A DNA stretch of 63,828 bases. Source: an uncultured Collinsella sp. Lineage in GTDB: Bacteria > Actinomycetota > Coriobacteriia > Coriobacteriales > Coriobacteriaceae. Under the pieces are notes generated by a model. It had not been told where the DNA came from. It saw nothing but the letters and a program-made list of their open reading frames with translations, and made no database searches. A program made the position numbers and the translations under genes. Shown piece by piece: positions 18,992-30,318 of this stretch. The DNA is taken from positions 1-63,828 of the forward strand of contig USHR01000001.1 in NCBI GenBank assembly GCA_900554495.1. Reading direction: 5' to 3'. The number at the start of each line of letters is the position of its first letter. Position 1 is the first letter of the stretch.

Positions 18992-21123
18992 TTGCGACGC
19001 CCGCCTCCGTTGGCGCCCTGCCGTCCCTGGGCCGCGCGATTGCGACCGGCAGCGTTCTGTGCGCGCGACATGCCGCCGTGCCCCTTGCTGCTTTTGGGCC
19101 CCTTGCCGGCGCCGCCGCCATGCGGTTTGCCGCCCTTCTTGCCGGTGCCATGCCCGCCGCCAGCAGACGTCTCGCCCGGGCGTGGCGGCACGGGGTGAAT
19201 CAGGCAATGCTTGGTGTAGCCGATCAGATCGCGGCGGCCAGCCTTTTCCAGCGCCTCGCGCACGAGCTTGTAGTTCTCGGGCTTGCGATACTGGATGAGC
19301 GCACGCTGCATGGCTTTCTCGTGCGGGTCGCGCGCCACGTAGATCGGCTCCATGGTGCGCGGATCCACGCCGGTGTAGTACATGCAGGTCGACATGGTGG
19401 ATGGGGTGGGGTAGAAGTCCTGCACCTGCTCAGGCATGTAGCCCATGTCGCGCACGGCTTCGGCAAGGTCCACGGCTTCCTTCATCGTCGAGCCGGGGTG
19501 GCTCGAGATCAGATACGGCACCACATACTGCTTGAGTCCGTATTCGCGGTTCAGGCGTTCAAATTTACGGCAGAACGCGTCGTAGACGGCGCGGCTCGGC
19601 TTGCCCATCACGGACAGTACTGCGTCGCTCACGTGCTCGGGTGCCACGCGCAGCTGGCCCGAGACATGGTGCTCCAGCAGCTCACGCAAAAACTCGTCCG
19701 AGGCGTCGGCCATGGTGTAGTCAAAGCGGATGCCGCTGCGGACGAAGACCTTCTTGACGCCCGGCAGCTGGCGCAGGTCGCGCAGCAGCTGCGTGTAGCC
19801 GCTCTCGTCGACCACCATGTTCTTGCATACGCTCGGCCACAGGCAGCGCTTGTTCTTGCACACGCCGTGCTTGAGCTGCTTGTCACAGGCCGGGCGGCTA
19901 AAGTTGGCCGTCGGCCCGCCCACGTCGTTGATGTAGCCCTTAAACTCGGGGTCGTGCGTGAGCAGCTCGGCTTCGCGCATGATCGAGTTGTGGCTGCGCA
20001 TCTGCAACACGCGGCCCTGGTGGAAGGTCAGTGCACAAAACGAGCACTCGCCAAAGCACCCGCGGTTGGAGCTGATCGAAAACTTGATTTCGGCAAAGGC
20101 CGGCACGCCGCCCGCCGCGTCGTAGTCGGGGTGCCAATCGCGTGCGTAGGGGAGCTCGGCCACCTCGTCCATCTCATCGGTGGTGAGCGTCGCCGATGGC
20201 GGGTTCTGCACCACATAGACGCTGTTGGGGTAGGGCTCTACCAGGCGGTGTCCGGTGATGGGGTCCATATTCTGCTGCTGCACGTTAAAGCTGCGCGCGT
20301 AGTTGAGCTTATCGGCGGTAAGGTCGTCCCAGCTGGGCAGCAGGTCGTAGTCGTAGACCTCGTCGAGCGAGCCCGTGCGGTAAACGGTGCCGTCGATATA
20401 GGTGATCTGATCGACGGGCAGCCCCGCGTCGAGCGCGTCGGCGATCTCGACAATCGCGTGCTCGCCCATGCCGTAGATGAGGATGTCGGCGCCCGAGTCG
20501 AGTAGTACCGAGCGCTTGAGCTTGTCCTGCCAGTAGTCGTAGTGGGCCAGGCGGCGCAGGCTCGCCTCGATGCCGCCGATAATGATGGGGGCATCCTTAA
20601 ACGTCTGGCGGATGAGGTTGCCGTAGACCGTAACGGCTCGGTTGGGACGGCGCCCTTCCTCGCCACCGGGGGTATAGGCGTCGGTGTGGCGGCGGTGCTT
20701 GGTCACCGAATAGTGGTTGACCATGGAGTCCATGTTGCCGGCGCTGACGAGAAAGCCCAGGCGCGGCTCGCCGAGCACGCTGATGCTGGTGGGATCAGTC
20801 CAGTCGGGCTGGCAGATGATGCCCACCTTGTAGCCGTGCGCGTCGAGGAAGCGGCTGATAATGGCCATGCCAAAGCTGGGGTGGTCCACGTAGGCGTCGC
20901 CGCAGATGTAGACGAAGTCGCACTGGTCCCAACCGCGCGCGTCCATATCGGCGCGGCTGACGGGGAGGAACTTATCGCGGCCCGGGCGCCAGGGGCGTGT
21001 GGGCGCTGCTGGGGTATGCGTGGTGTGCCCACCCTGCGCCTTACTGCCGCGCTTTTGCTGCTGGCCCTGTTTGCCCTGCTGACTGCGCTGGTTGTTTTGA
21101 GCGTGCTGAGGCTTTTTTGCCAC
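18988..21123 (-). CDS. ygiQ: YgiQ-family (UPF0313) radical SAM protein
   Basis: GDAYVDHPSFG, CFGECSFC, DVGGPTANF, QVQDFYPTP; GTG start with GGGAGG RBS. Confidence 0.9.
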   Translation of the reverse strand: MAKKPQHAQNNQRSQQGKQGQQQKRGSKAQGGHTTHTPAAPTRPWRPGRDKFLPVSRADMDARGWDQCDFVYICGDAYVDHPSFGMAIISRFLDAHGYKVGIICQPDWTDPTSISVLGEPRLGFLVSAGNMDSMVNHYSVTKHRRHTDAYTPGGEEGRRPNRAVTVYGNLIRQTFKDAPIIIGGIEASLRRLAHYDYWQDKLKRSVLLDSGADILIYGMGEHAIVEIADALDAGLPVDQITYIDGTVYRTGSLDEVYDYDLLPSWDDLTADKLNYARSFNVQQQNMDPITGHRLVEPYPNSVYVVQNPPSATLTTDEMDEVAELPYARDWHPDYDAAGGVPAFAEIKFSISSNRGCFGECSFCALTFHQGRVLQMRSHNSIMREAELLTHDPEFKGYINDVGGPTANFSRPACDKQLKHGVCKNKRCLWPSVCKNMVVDESGYTQLLRDLRQLPGVKKVFVRSGIRFDYTMADASDEFLRELLEHHVSGQLRVAPEHVSDAVLSVMGKPSRAVYDAFCRKFERLNREYGLKQYVVPYLISSHPGSTMKEAVDLAEAVRDMGYMPEQVQDFYPTPSTMSTCMYYTGVDPRTMEPIYVARDPHEKAMQRALIQYRKPENYKLVREALEKAGRRDLIGYTKHCLIHPVPPRPGETSAGGGHGTGKKGGKPHGGGAGKGPKSSKGHGGMSRAQNAAGRNRAAQGRQGANGGGRRN

Positions 21124-21376
21124 GATCCCTCCCGGTGTTTGTATGCTGCACGTAATTGTAACCAGTCTTTTTGGGACGGGGCTAAAAAGACTGGTGGAGT
21201 ACACGAGCTGGCGGATCGGCGTGTCGATGCGGGTGCCGTTTGTTTCCAGACTGTGTATCTGAGCGTTGGAGAGCCCGTCTCGCGCGCACGCCATGTTGTC
21301 AATGGGTTACAGTATGAACGGCGGCTATGTTTCCGCCAACGCACGAGAGAGTCGTCAACAAGGAGGATGCACGACG

Positions 21377-22093
21377 ATGCAGCGTGCCAAACAGATATCG
21401 GAGTCTATTGAGCTGGGCATTATCTTGGCGCTCGCCGGTGGCTTTATGGACGTGTATTCGTACATTGGGCGCGACCATGTTTTCGCCAACGCGCAGACGG
21501 GCAACATCTTGCTGGTGGGCGTGAGCATCTCGGAGGGCAACTGGGCACTTGCGGGGCGCTACTTCTTCCCTGTGGTGTCGTTTGCCGTGGGTATTATGCT
21601 TGCCGATCTGGTACACGAGCGGTTTGGCAGCGTGATCCACTGGCGTCAGGTGACGGTGTTCTTTGAAGCCGTCATCTTGCTGGGCGTGAGCTTTATCCCG
21701 GGCGGCAATTTCAACCTGCTCGCCAACTGCCTCACCTCGTTTGCCTGCGGCATGCAGGTCGAGAGCTTCCGCAAGATCCACGGTCACGGCATCGCTACGA
21801 CCATGTGCATCGGCAATTTGCGCAACGCGCTGCAAAACGTGGACGATTACATCATCACCCACAGGCGCGGCTTTTTGGAAAACGGCCTGCTGTACTTTGG
21901 CGTGATCTTTACCTTTGTGTTTGGCGCCGTGTTGGGCAACTGGTGTATTGAGCGCATGGGCCTGCACGCCATCGTCGTGGCGAGCTTGCTGCTGTTTGTC
22001 GCGTTTGCCATCATGTTCATCGACCGCGAGCGCGACTTGCGCTTACGCTGGAAGGTTGCGGCCGAGGCTTGGAAAGAGGGCTGCCGAAAGTAA
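21377..22093 (+). CDS. YoaK/DUF1275 family membrane protein
   Basis: GGFMDVYSY...FANAQTGN, GMQ, TTMCIGNL. Confidence 0.85.
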   Translation: MQRAKQISESIELGIILALAGGFMDVYSYIGRDHVFANAQTGNILLVGVSISEGNWALAGRYFFPVVSFAVGIMLADLVHERFGSVIHWRQVTVFFEAVILLGVSFIPGGNFNLLANCLTSFACGMQVESFRKIHGHGIATTMCIGNLRNALQNVDDYIITHRRGFLENGLLYFGVIFTFVFGAVLGNWCIERMGLHAIVVASLLLFVAFAIMFIDRERDLRLRWKVAAEAWKEGCRK

Positions 22094-22096
22094 CCG

Positions 22097-22135
22097 ATTG
22101 CGGCAAAGGGGCTGTTCCTTTGCCGCAATATTTTT
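22097..22135 (+). terminator. Rho-independent terminator
   Basis: ATTGCGGCAAAGG-N7-CCTTTGCCGCAAT then ATTTTT. Confidence 0.75.
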
Positions 22136-22258
22136 CATCATCTGTTGAAACGCTTTAACACTTTTGACGTTCTCACGCGTTTTTTGTTTCAAAAACGTTA
22201 GGATGGGACTCATAGCGTGGGGCGTAATGGATGCCCCGCACACGATGGGAGGCTATCA

Positions 22259-23425
22259 ATGGCTAATCGTTTCGTTCTCAATACCATCTCTTATCATGGT
22301 TCCGGCGCCATCAAGGAGATCCCCGGCGAGCTCCAGCGTCGCGGCTACAAGAAGATCTTCGTCTGCTCCGATCCCGATCTGGTCAAGTTTGGCGTTACCG
22401 CCAAGGTGACCGACGAGCTCGACGCCGCCGGCATCGCTTGGAGCCTCTACTCCGAGATCAAGCCCAACCCCACCATCCAGAACGTCAAGGACGGCGTCGA
22501 GGCCTTTAAGGCCGCCGAGGCTGACGCTATCGTGACCATCGGTGGTGGCTCCTCTATGGACACCGCTAAGGCTATCGGCATTATCATCAACAACCCCGAG
22601 TTCGCCGATGTCCGCAGCCTCGAGGGCGTTGCTCCCACTAAGAACCACGCCGTGTTCACCATCGCTGTGCCGACGACCGCCGGTACTGCTGCCGAGGTGA
22701 CCATCAACTACGTCATCACCGACCCCGAGAAGGTCCGCAAGTTCGTGTGCGTCGACACCAACGATGCCCCCGAGGTTGCCGTCGTCGATCCCGACATGAT
22801 GGCTTCCATGCCCGCCGGCCTGACCGCTTCCACTGGCATGGACGCACTGACCCACGCCATCGAGGGCTACACCACCAAGGGCGCTTGGGAGCTTTCCGAC
22901 ATGTTCCACTTTGAGGCTATTAAGCTGATCAGCGAGAACCTGCGCGACTCCGTCGCCGAGGCCAAGTCCGGTCAGCCCGGCTCCGGCCGCGAGGGCATGG
23001 CTCTTGGCCAGTATGTCGCCGGCATGGGCTTCTCCAACGTTGGCCTGGGCATCGACCACGCCATGGCTCACACCCTGTCCGCTCACTACGACACCCCGCA
23101 CGGCGTCGCCTGCGCCATGCTGCTGCCGATCGCCATGGAGTTCAACAAGCCGGTTTGCGCCGAGCGCCTGGCCAAGGTCGCCGTCGCCATGGGCGTTGAC
23201 ACCACGGGCATGAGCACCGACGAGGCCGCCGATGCCGCCATCGCCGCCGTCAAGCAGCTCTCCGCCGACGTGAACATCCCGCACGTCTGCGAGACCATGA
23301 AGGCTGACGAGATCGAGGTCCTGGCCAAGGACGCCATGGCCGACGCCTGCTTCCCGGGTAACCCGCGCGAGGCGACGCTCGACGACGTCATTGAGCTCTT
23401 CAAGAAGATCTGCCCGGCTGCCTAA
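22259..23425 (+). CDS. fucO: Lactaldehyde reductase / 1,2-propanediol oxidoreductase (Fe-ADH)
   Basis: MANRFVLNTISYHGSGA N-terminus, GGGSSMD, PTTAGT, DALTHAIEG, HAMAH, HG. Confidence 0.9.
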   Translation: MANRFVLNTISYHGSGAIKEIPGELQRRGYKKIFVCSDPDLVKFGVTAKVTDELDAAGIAWSLYSEIKPNPTIQNVKDGVEAFKAAEADAIVTIGGGSSMDTAKAIGIIINNPEFADVRSLEGVAPTKNHAVFTIAVPTTAGTAAEVTINYVITDPEKVRKFVCVDTNDAPEVAVVDPDMMASMPAGLTASTGMDALTHAIEGYTTKGAWELSDMFHFEAIKLISENLRDSVAEAKSGQPGSGREGMALGQYVAGMGFSNVGLGIDHAMAHTLSAHYDTPHGVACAMLLPIAMEFNKPVCAERLAKVAVAMGVDTTGMSTDEAADAAIAAVKQLSADVNIPHVCETMKADEIEVLAKDAMADACFPGNPREATLDDVIELFKKICPAA

Positions 23426-23436
23426 CTTGGTTCGGC

Positions 23437-23559
23437 GGGCCCTTGCCCGTTAGCCCCACAATCGTCCTCGGACATGTCGGAAGCCCCCGCTGCGCACTTC
23501 GTGCGGCGGGGGCTTCCTCCGTCCTGCGGAAAGATTGTGGGGCTAACGGGCAGGGGCCC
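23437..23559 (+). repeat. Nested long hairpin element 3' of fucO
   Basis: 27-bp outer arms GGGCCCTTGCCCGTTAGCCCCACAATC; inner GGAAGCCCCCGCTGCGC hairpin. Confidence 0.7.
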
Positions 23560-23682
23560 GACGGCTCGTTATCGTGGCGGGCGCAGTTCTGAAGAGCTCG
23601 ATGGGTCATCTCGCTAGGTAAAAAGATGGTTCGCGGTGGTATCGTTGCTGTGGGTTTAATTCGATATGAAAGGGTGACTTTG

Positions 23683-24711
23683 GTGTCCAAGATGGATTCT
23701 ACGCTCTCCTATATTACTGACCAGTTGAAGGCGCTTACCTCGATTGCTTCGCCTACGGGCTATACCCGTGCGGCGACTGATTATCTGATGGAGGCGTTGC
23801 GCGATATGGGCTTTGGGCCCGAGCGCTCCAATAAGGGCAATGTGCTCGTTGAGCTTGGTGGTGAGGGCGAGCCGCTCGTATTGGCGAGCCATGTCGATAC
23901 CCTGGGCGCCATGGTGCGCTCCATTAAGGACAATGGTCGCCTGCGCCCCACGACCCTCGGCGGGCATCAGTGGTCTACGGCCGATGGCGAGAACTGCACC
24001 GTTTATACGCGCGACGGCAATGTCTACACGGGCGTGGTCCTCAATACCGAGCCTTCGGCGCATGTGGCCGATGAGCCGGTCAAGGCCATCGAGAAGAACA
24101 TGGAAATCCTGCTCGACGAGAACGTCGACAGCAAGGACGATGTGCTCGAGCTGGGTATTCAGACGGGCGACATCATCGCTATGGATCCGCGCACCACGGT
24201 GACGGAGAGCGGCTACATCAAGAGTCGCTTCCTTGACGACAAACTGTCCGCGTCGATTCTGCTGGGTTTGGCCCGCGCCGTCGCCGACAGCGAGGTGACC
24301 CTTTCGCGCAAGGTATCGCTGCTCTTTACCGTGTACGAGGAGGTTGGCCACGGCGGTGCCTTTGTGCCGGCCGACACGCGCGAGATGATCAGCGTGGACA
24401 TGGGCTGCGTGGGCGACGACCTGGGCTGCACCGAGCGCATGGTTTCGATTTGCGCCAAGGATTCGGGCGGTCCGTACAACTACGACCTGGTAACCACGCT
24501 GTCCAACATCGCGCGCGAGCTGGAGCTCGATTACGCCATCGATGTGTACCCGCACTATGGCTCCGACGTCGAGGCCACGCTCTCGGCCGGCTACGACATT
24601 CGCCATGGTCTGATCGGCCCCGGCGTGTACGCGAGCCACAACTACGAGCGCAGCCACATCGACGGCGTGCGCAATACCTACGAGCTGGTTCGCGCCTACG
24701 TTCAGCGCTAG
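23683..24711 (+). CDS. M42-family metallo-aminopeptidase
   Basis: SPTG, SHVD, LDDK, YEEVG, SVDMG, ASH metal ligands. Confidence 0.9.
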   Translation: MSKMDSTLSYITDQLKALTSIASPTGYTRAATDYLMEALRDMGFGPERSNKGNVLVELGGEGEPLVLASHVDTLGAMVRSIKDNGRLRPTTLGGHQWSTADGENCTVYTRDGNVYTGVVLNTEPSAHVADEPVKAIEKNMEILLDENVDSKDDVLELGIQTGDIIAMDPRTTVTESGYIKSRFLDDKLSASILLGLARAVADSEVTLSRKVSLLFTVYEEVGHGGAFVPADTREMISVDMGCVGDDLGCTERMVSICAKDSGGPYNYDLVTTLSNIARELELDYAIDVYPHYGSDVEATLSAGYDIRHGLIGPGVYASHNYERSHIDGVRNTYELVRAYVQR

Positions 24712-24744
24712 GGGAGTAGCTTGCGACTCGGCTGACCAATCGCT

Positions 24745-24770
24745 AAGGCCCGATTTCTCGGGCCTTTTTT
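24745..24770 (+). terminator. Rho-independent terminator
   Basis: AAGGCCCGA-TTTC-TCGGGCCTT then T-run. Confidence 0.85.
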
Positions 24771-24849
24771 CGCTTTGGGTTGTTTAGTATTATGATGTAT
24801 GTAATCTATTAACTAAACGTTTAAATTACTTAACGAGGTGATGCGGTGT

Positions 24850-26223
24850 ATGGATACGTCTGAGTACTTGTCTATGGGTGATGCTGCCCGCCTGCTGGGC
24901 GTTACGAAAGCCCGCATATCTCAACTTGCCTCATCGGGAACGCTCGCGTGCGATATTGTGGGCGGACGGAAGATGGTCGAGTACAATTCCGCGGTCGATT
25001 ATCAAAAGGTCCGCAAACGTGGACGCCGTCCTGCGGCCGATGTGGGGCGCAAGTTTGCGCTGATGTCCGCCGATTACGAGGTTGCGCGTGTCTCATTTGA
25101 TCCGACGCGTGAGTTTCCCTTCGAAATCGCTGAGGTCCTCGATGCGCAACGAATGCCGTTTGGCACGTGCTCGAGCTCTTCTCCTACGGTGAATAAACGG
25201 GAGCTCAATGCGTGGTGGAGCCATCGGTCGGTGCCTGACGTCCGCCCCGGACTCGTCTCGCGCTATCGTGAACTGGGGATTGTCAACGGCGTTGAGGTGC
25301 CGGTTCAGTGCCTGGGCCTCTCGCTTTCGGATTGCTATTGGCTGCGGCCGGCCGATTGCGACGAACTCAAATGGCAAAACATCAATTACTTTGAGAACGA
25401 GTTTGAGCGATCGGCGCCCGAGGGGCGTTCGGGTTGGCTGGAGGGCATCGGTCTTAAAAATCCCGACAACACATCCGAGGGCGAGCTTCCTAAATCGTGG
25501 ATGATTCGCAACGGTGTTCGCGTTCTGGTCAAGGGGTGCGGCATGGACGACCAACGGCCCTTTAACGAGGCGGTTGCAACGGCTCTGCATCGTCGCTTGC
25601 TGTCGGAGGGCGAGTTTGTTCCTTATACGGTTGAGCAGATGTTCGATGGGCCTGTGTGTCTGTGCGACGACTTTCTAGACGGCCGCGAGGAATATGTTCC
25701 GGCTGTTTACGTTAAGAACGCCCTTGGCGGCCAGCGAGGAAGCTCGACGTACGACCGGTACCGCCGCTACCTCGGCAAGCATGGTGTCGATGAGGCCGCT
25801 GTGAGAAGGTCTATGTCGCAGATGATTGTCTGCGATGCCCTTTTGGCCAACAGCGACCGCCATTGGCGAAACTTCGGCATCATCCGCAATGTCGACACCC
25901 TGGAGATAAAACCTGCTCCGTTGTTCGATAGCGGCAACTGCCTGTGGTACAACGTACCAGCTGCCGTGCTCGCAGCTGGGGAGTTTGGGTTTTCCGCTAA
26001 GCCGTTTGGGCCCGACCCTTCCGTCCAGCTGGCGCTTGCGGACTCACTCGATTGGTTCGACGCATCGAGACTGGACGGATTTGTTGATGAGGCGATCGAG
26101 ATTCTTTCGCAGAGCGAATGGGCGACGGCGGAGGGTCGACTCGAGGCCATTTGCCGCGGCCTCGAGCGTCGCGTAATCGAGGTTAGTGCCGCTGTTGAAG
26201 TGCTTCGACACGTGCGGCGATAA
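24850..26223 (+). CDS. HipA-like kinase with N-terminal excisionase-type HTH
   Basis: DAARLLGVTKARISQL HTH; SEGELPKSW, NSDRHWRNFG, APLFDSG HipA_C motifs. Confidence 0.82.
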   Translation: MDTSEYLSMGDAARLLGVTKARISQLASSGTLACDIVGGRKMVEYNSAVDYQKVRKRGRRPAADVGRKFALMSADYEVARVSFDPTREFPFEIAEVLDAQRMPFGTCSSSSPTVNKRELNAWWSHRSVPDVRPGLVSRYRELGIVNGVEVPVQCLGLSLSDCYWLRPADCDELKWQNINYFENEFERSAPEGRSGWLEGIGLKNPDNTSEGELPKSWMIRNGVRVLVKGCGMDDQRPFNEAVATALHRRLLSEGEFVPYTVEQMFDGPVCLCDDFLDGREEYVPAVYVKNALGGQRGSSTYDRYRRYLGKHGVDEAAVRRSMSQMIVCDALLANSDRHWRNFGIIRNVDTLEIKPAPLFDSGNCLWYNVPAAVLAAGEFGFSAKPFGPDPSVQLALADSLDWFDASRLDGFVDEAIEILSQSEWATAEGRLEAICRGLERRVIEVSAAVEVLRHVRR

Positions 26224-26231
26224 TCCTGCGG

Positions 26232-27332
26232 CTACTTAAGTGCGCCGGTCACCGTGCCGCCGCCCAGGACGATGTCGCCGCGGTAGACTACAACGGCTTG
26301 GCCGGGGGCGATGGCTCGTTGCGGCTCGTCAAAAGTTAGCAGCATTTGCCCGTCTTCGCCACGTGTAAGGGTCGCTGCCTGGTCTTTCTGACGGTAGCGG
26401 TACTTGGCGCCCACGCGAATGCCGCCGGCATCCAGCTCGGCCTCCATGCGCGTGTCCGGCGCGCTCCAGATCCACTCATCGGCCGTGAGCGCCGCGGCGG
26501 TTAGGTCCTCGGCCTCGCCCAGATGCACGGTGTTGTTGGCGGCGTCGATGCCCGTTACATACACGGGATGCGCCATCGCGACGCCCAAGCCCTTGCGCTG
26601 GCCGATGGTGTAGCGCAGCGCGCCATTGTGGCGCCCGACCACGCTGCCGTCGCGCCACACAATGTCGCCCGGTGCAGCGGGATGTCCGCAGCGGCGCTCG
26701 ATATAGCCCGCGTAGTCACCGTCTGGAATAAAGCAGATATCCTCGCTTTCGGTCTTCTGGGCGTTGGTAAAGCCCTGCTCGGCGGCAATGCGGCGCACGT
26801 CGCGCTCTTTGTCTAGGCCTGCCAGCGGAAAGATCGTGTGCGCCAGGCGCTCCTGCGTAAGCGAATACAAAAAGTAGCTTTGGTCCTTTTTGGGGTCCTC
26901 GCCGCGATGTAGCTGCCAGGCGCCGTCCGCCGACTGGCTTGTTTTGGCGTAATGCCCCGTTGCGATGTAGTCGCAGCCCATGTCCAGCGCCGCATCGAGC
27001 AACGCGCCAAACTTTATGTGGCGGTTGCAGATGATGCAAGGGTTGGGCGTCAGTCCTTCCTGGTAGGCGTTCACAAAGCGCTCGATAACGTTGCGGTCGA
27101 AGGTCTGCTGCAGGTCGAGCACATGATGGGGGATCCCCAGACGCTCGGCGACGGCCTTTGCATCGGCGATGTCGCGGTCGACTTTGCTCATGCCCGTGGC
27201 GGGGTCGGGCGCGGGGCAGGTGAGGCGCATGGTGGCGCCGACGCATTCGTAGCCCTGGCTTTTGAGCAGGTACGCGGTCACGCTGGAATCGACGCCGCCG
27301 CTCATGGCGACGAGCACGCGCTTGTTGTGCAT
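26232..27332 (-). CDS. mnmA: tRNA 2-thiouridine(34) synthase
   Basis: AMSGGVDSS, TPNPCIICN, ATGHY, KDQSYFL, EDICF, APGQ. Confidence 0.95.
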   Translation of the reverse strand: MHNKRVLVAMSGGVDSSVTAYLLKSQGYECVGATMRLTCPAPDPATGMSKVDRDIADAKAVAERLGIPHHVLDLQQTFDRNVIERFVNAYQEGLTPNPCIICNRHIKFGALLDAALDMGCDYIATGHYAKTSQSADGAWQLHRGEDPKKDQSYFLYSLTQERLAHTIFPLAGLDKERDVRRIAAEQGFTNAQKTESEDICFIPDGDYAGYIERRCGHPAAPGDIVWRDGSVVGRHNGALRYTIGQRKGLGVAMAHPVYVTGIDAANNTVHLGEAEDLTAAALTADEWIWSAPDTRMEAELDAGGIRVGAKYRYRQKDQAATLTRGEDGQMLLTFDEPQRAIAPGQAVVVYRGDIVLGGGTVTGALK

Positions 27333-27513
27333 GGGGAGGTTCTCCTTGGTGGCATGTGGCCAAAAAAGAAAAGCGGCGCGGGAGGCTGGTTCCGCGCCGC
27401 AGACATTGTAGCAAGTTCGGGCGTCATGTGGGACACCCTGTTGGGATGGGCTCAGGCAGCCAGAAGAGAGGGTAGACCGGCGTGCCTTGGGCCTATCGAC
27501 AAGTGACGGGCCC

Positions 27514-28452
<939 letters not shown>

Positions 28453-28514
28453 GGTGAACCTCCAAAGTGTTCAAGTTGCTGGTTGCCGTGTGGTTTTACG
28501 GCGTGTCTAGCAGC

Positions 28515-28592
28515 TAAACCCATAAACCTTATAGGTTGTTCGTTTAGCTGTTGGCAAGCATACTAGACACTAAAGCCTAGTAATGCAATAGG
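28515..28592. promoter_or_regulatory. Two putative Rrf2 (CymR/IscR-like) operator sites in the divergent cysK-rrf2 spacer
   Basis: CCCATAAACCTTATAGG (28519-28535) and CCTAGTAATGCAATAGG (28576-28592), each preceded by TAAA. Confidence 0.5.
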
Positions 28593-28705
28593 AAATAGAA
28601 GATTATTACGAGTCGATTAACCATCTTGATCGGAACGGGTATTTTCAAAGCCATTTTTTCGGCTAGAATTTCAACGGACTAAAAGACCGAAAGGCAGCAC
28701 TATAT

Positions 28706-29134
28706 ATGTTGGTTTCTACTAAGGGCAGGTACGCCCTGCGCGTTATGGTCGATCTGGCCGAGCACCAGGCGGCCGGTCGCATCCCGCTCAAAGAGATCGC
28801 GGCGCGACAGGGGATTTCCGAGAAATATCTCGAGAACATCTTGGCTACGCTCGTGCGCGCCAACATGCTCTCAGGCATGCGTGGCAAGGGCGGCGGCTAT
28901 GTGCTCACGCGCCCGCCCGAGCAGTACACGGTGGGCGAGATTTTGCGCCTGACCGAGGGCAGTCTGGCGCCGGTTGCCTGCCTGGATGGCGACTGCAAGG
29001 GCTGCTCGCGATCTGATGAGTGCCCCACGCTCGACGTGTGGAAGAACCTGGACAAGCTCATCAACGATTACCTCGACGGCGTGACGCTCGATCAACTTGT
29101 CGCTCCCAACCATGGCTACGACTATGTCATCTAA
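28706..29134 (+). CDS. Rrf2-family regulator (CymR/IscR-like, three C-terminal Cys)
   Basis: STKGRYALR, ISEKYLE, RGKGGGY, C-x4-C-x2-C-x5-C region. Confidence 0.92.
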   Translation: MLVSTKGRYALRVMVDLAEHQAAGRIPLKEIAARQGISEKYLENILATLVRANMLSGMRGKGGGYVLTRPPEQYTVGEILRLTEGSLAPVACLDGDCKGCSRSDECPTLDVWKNLDKLINDYLDGVTLDQLVAPNHGYDYVI

Positions 29135-29203
29135 CCCACGCCTGCCATGTGGGGACGGGGTGGAAATGGTAGATTTTCTTGCCCTCTGAGACTTGGCAAA
29201 TAA

Positions 29204-29240
29204 GAAGGCCGCCCATTTTTGCTATGGGCGGCCTTCGTTT
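29204..29240. terminator. Probable bidirectional terminator
   Basis: GAAGGCCGCCCAT-N7-ATGGGCGGCCTTC between convergent genes. Confidence 0.7.
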
Positions 29241-29276
29241 TGGGCTGTTGAGACGGGCGCGGCCGGAATGGCCGTT

Positions 29277-29642
29277 TTAGTCCTCGGCAATACTATCGAG
29301 GATGCTGCGCATGATGGACACCAGAATGCTGCCCATAAAGGCCGAGCCAAAGCCGGCGATGGAGATACCGACGCCCAACAGGTTGACCGACAGGTAGCTG
29401 GCGAGCTCCAGCATAAAGCTGTTGAGCACGAGCTGGAAAATGCCGAGCGTAATGATTGTGAGCGGCAGCGAGATGACCGTGAGGAACGGTTTGACGAACG
29501 AATCGACGATGTTGAGGAACAGTCCCACAAAGGCAAAGCAGACCCAGGCCTCGGCAAAACCGAAGGGCTGGATGCCGGGGACGAGGAACGTGGCGATCGC
29601 GATGGCGATCGAGGTGAAGAGCCAGTTAAGCATAAAGCGCAT
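29277..29642 (-). CDS. YvlD/Phage_holin_4_2-family 4-TM membrane protein
   Basis: VKPFLTVISLPLTIITLGIFQLVLN signature. Confidence 0.85.
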   Translation of the reverse strand: MRFMLNWLFTSIAIAIATFLVPGIQPFGFAEAWVCFAFVGLFLNIVDSFVKPFLTVISLPLTIITLGIFQLVLNSFMLELASYLSVNLLGVGISIAGFGSAFMGSILVSIMRSILDSIAED

Positions 29643-29966
29643 GGCGTGAATCCTTTCTTGCGCCGGGGTTGCTGGCGTCGCGTGAAGCGGCTTGCGGCGG
29701 CGACTTGGATGGTTGCGCGGGCGCGCCGCGGTGTTTGGGCGCCCATTGTCTCAAATATTCGTGGAGCTTACGTGCGCATTCGGTTTCTAAACGGCGTTCG
29801 TCCTGAAAAACGTGCCGCTGGCAGAGAGTCTTGTCGCTTTAGTTTAGTGGTGTGCTACACTGCTACGGGCAAATGGCCCATGCATAGTTTTATTGCATAG
29901 AACGGGCGAACGATGCCCGATGTCAGTATCAACTTCGATGCCTTATGGCGGGTTTGGCGGTGATCG

Positions 29967-30266
29967 ATGAATATCGAGAACATGTTTGACAAGCCTGATG
30001 TCAAGCAGCTGGTCCACGCATTTAGTCTTTTGGACGACGAGAACGATATCCAAGCGTTTTTGACCGATATCTGCACGCCGCGCGAGATCTGCGATTTATC
30101 GCAGCGCCTGCAGGTTGCGCGCTATCTGGACGAGGGCGAGCCCTATGTTGAGGTTCAGGCCCGCACCGGCGCTTCGTCCACCACGGTGAGCCGCGTGTCC
30201 AAGGCGCTTAATGGCGAGTACGGTGGCTATCGCAAGATCCTCATCAAGCTGGAGGATGGCGAGTAG
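29967..30266 (+). CDS. YerC/YecD TrpR-like protein
   Basis: FLTDICTPREICDLSQRLQVA, TGASSTTVSRV. Confidence 0.88.
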   Translation: MNIENMFDKPDVKQLVHAFSLLDDENDIQAFLTDICTPREICDLSQRLQVARYLDEGEPYVEVQARTGASSTTVSRVSKALNGEYGGYRKILIKLEDGE

Positions 30267-30318
30267 GCCAGCGGCAAAAACGAATTGCGCAGAACCGTCC
30301 CTTCGGGGGCGGTTTTTT

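Noticed and set aside
29277..29642. Prophage inferred from the holin-family gene
   Set aside because: This family is commonly chromosomal; no endolysin, integrase or structural genes are nearby
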